From sequence record PV340856.1: a stretch of DNA of 64,000 bases, one strand, 5' to 3'. The translations under genes were made by a program, and so were the position numbers. The notes beneath the pieces were generated by a model. The model worked only from the letters and a program-made list of their open reading frames with translations, was not told the origin of the DNA and did no database searches. Shown piece after piece: positions 63,658 to 64,000 of the stretch; the stretch's first letter is position 1; each line of letters begins with the position of its first letter.

Positions 63658-64000
63658 AGGATTTAAAAAATCGTTGACGAAATCCCTAGGCAACGATACT
63701 TCTATTTTATCTCCAGATAAAAAGTTTCCAATTAACTTGATCTGCAATGATGATTTGGAACCATCTACATCTGCAAACAACAGATCCGTTTATACCCGCT
63801 GGGTTCGTGACGGATCTGGATTTTGTAATTTGTATGTCAACCATAGAGCATTGGAAGTTCTAGAAGATACTAGTGATCTTCCTAAGTTCATTTGGTTGCT
63901 TGAGTCAAGAGAAATTATTCCAGACCAGTACAAATTCATTGAAGATAACTATGATTTTGTTGCTAGTCGTGTGGATGGGATTTTTACTTGTGACCAAAGA
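63650..64000 (+). CDS. Partial ORF, probable glycosyltransferase of the sugar cluster
   Basis: Open to window end; KFIWLLESREII..IFTCD; overlap-coupled to the epimerase. Confidence 0.5.
   Translation, partial: MSKGFKKSLTKSLGNDTSILSPDKKFPINLICNDDLEPSTSANNRSVYTRWVRDGSGFCNLYVNHRALEVLEDTSDLPKFIWLLESREIIPDQYKFIEDNYDFVASRVDGIFTCDQR

Overview
A 64-kb segment of a T4-like marine cyanomyovirus, most likely a Synechococcus phage. Evidence for that host is gnd, zwf and PTOX, plus five tRNAs that all read A-ending codons. The window carries the T4 replication/recombination core in order: gp3, uvsY, uvsW, gp55, gp47, gp46, CobT/CobS-like pair, gp45, gp44, gp62, regA, hsp20, gp43, uvsX, gp41, mazG, gp61, nrdA, nrdB. 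Auxiliary genes are pebS, PTOX, gnd, zwf, a peroxiredoxin, seven 2OG-Fe(II) oxygenase-like genes and the start of a sugar-nucleotide cluster. A minus-strand late block holds secreted and fibre-like proteins and a subtilisin. The most notable observation is two micro-ORFs absent from the ORF track that flank zwf. They resemble NdhP (34520-34648) and NdhQ (35960-36040), the two small subunits associated with the cyanobacterial NDH-1L complex. They sit in an overlap-coupled PTOX-gnd-ndhP-zwf-ndhQ operon that could form a phage-encoded OPP to NDH-1L to plastoquinone to PTOX electron route. Other leads: a palindromic operator-like site shared by the gp55 divergent promoter and the GIY-YIG/lysozyme promoter; two oxygenase genes whose stop codons lie inside tRNA genes; a DruA/DUF4338-like gene between the clamp-loader subunits; a nested ORF in a GIY-YIG gene; and candidate structured RNAs (wcaG, manA-like, hsp20 leader, an approximately 60-nt late sRNA). 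All family assignments come from motif recognition and recalled sequences; no database search was run.
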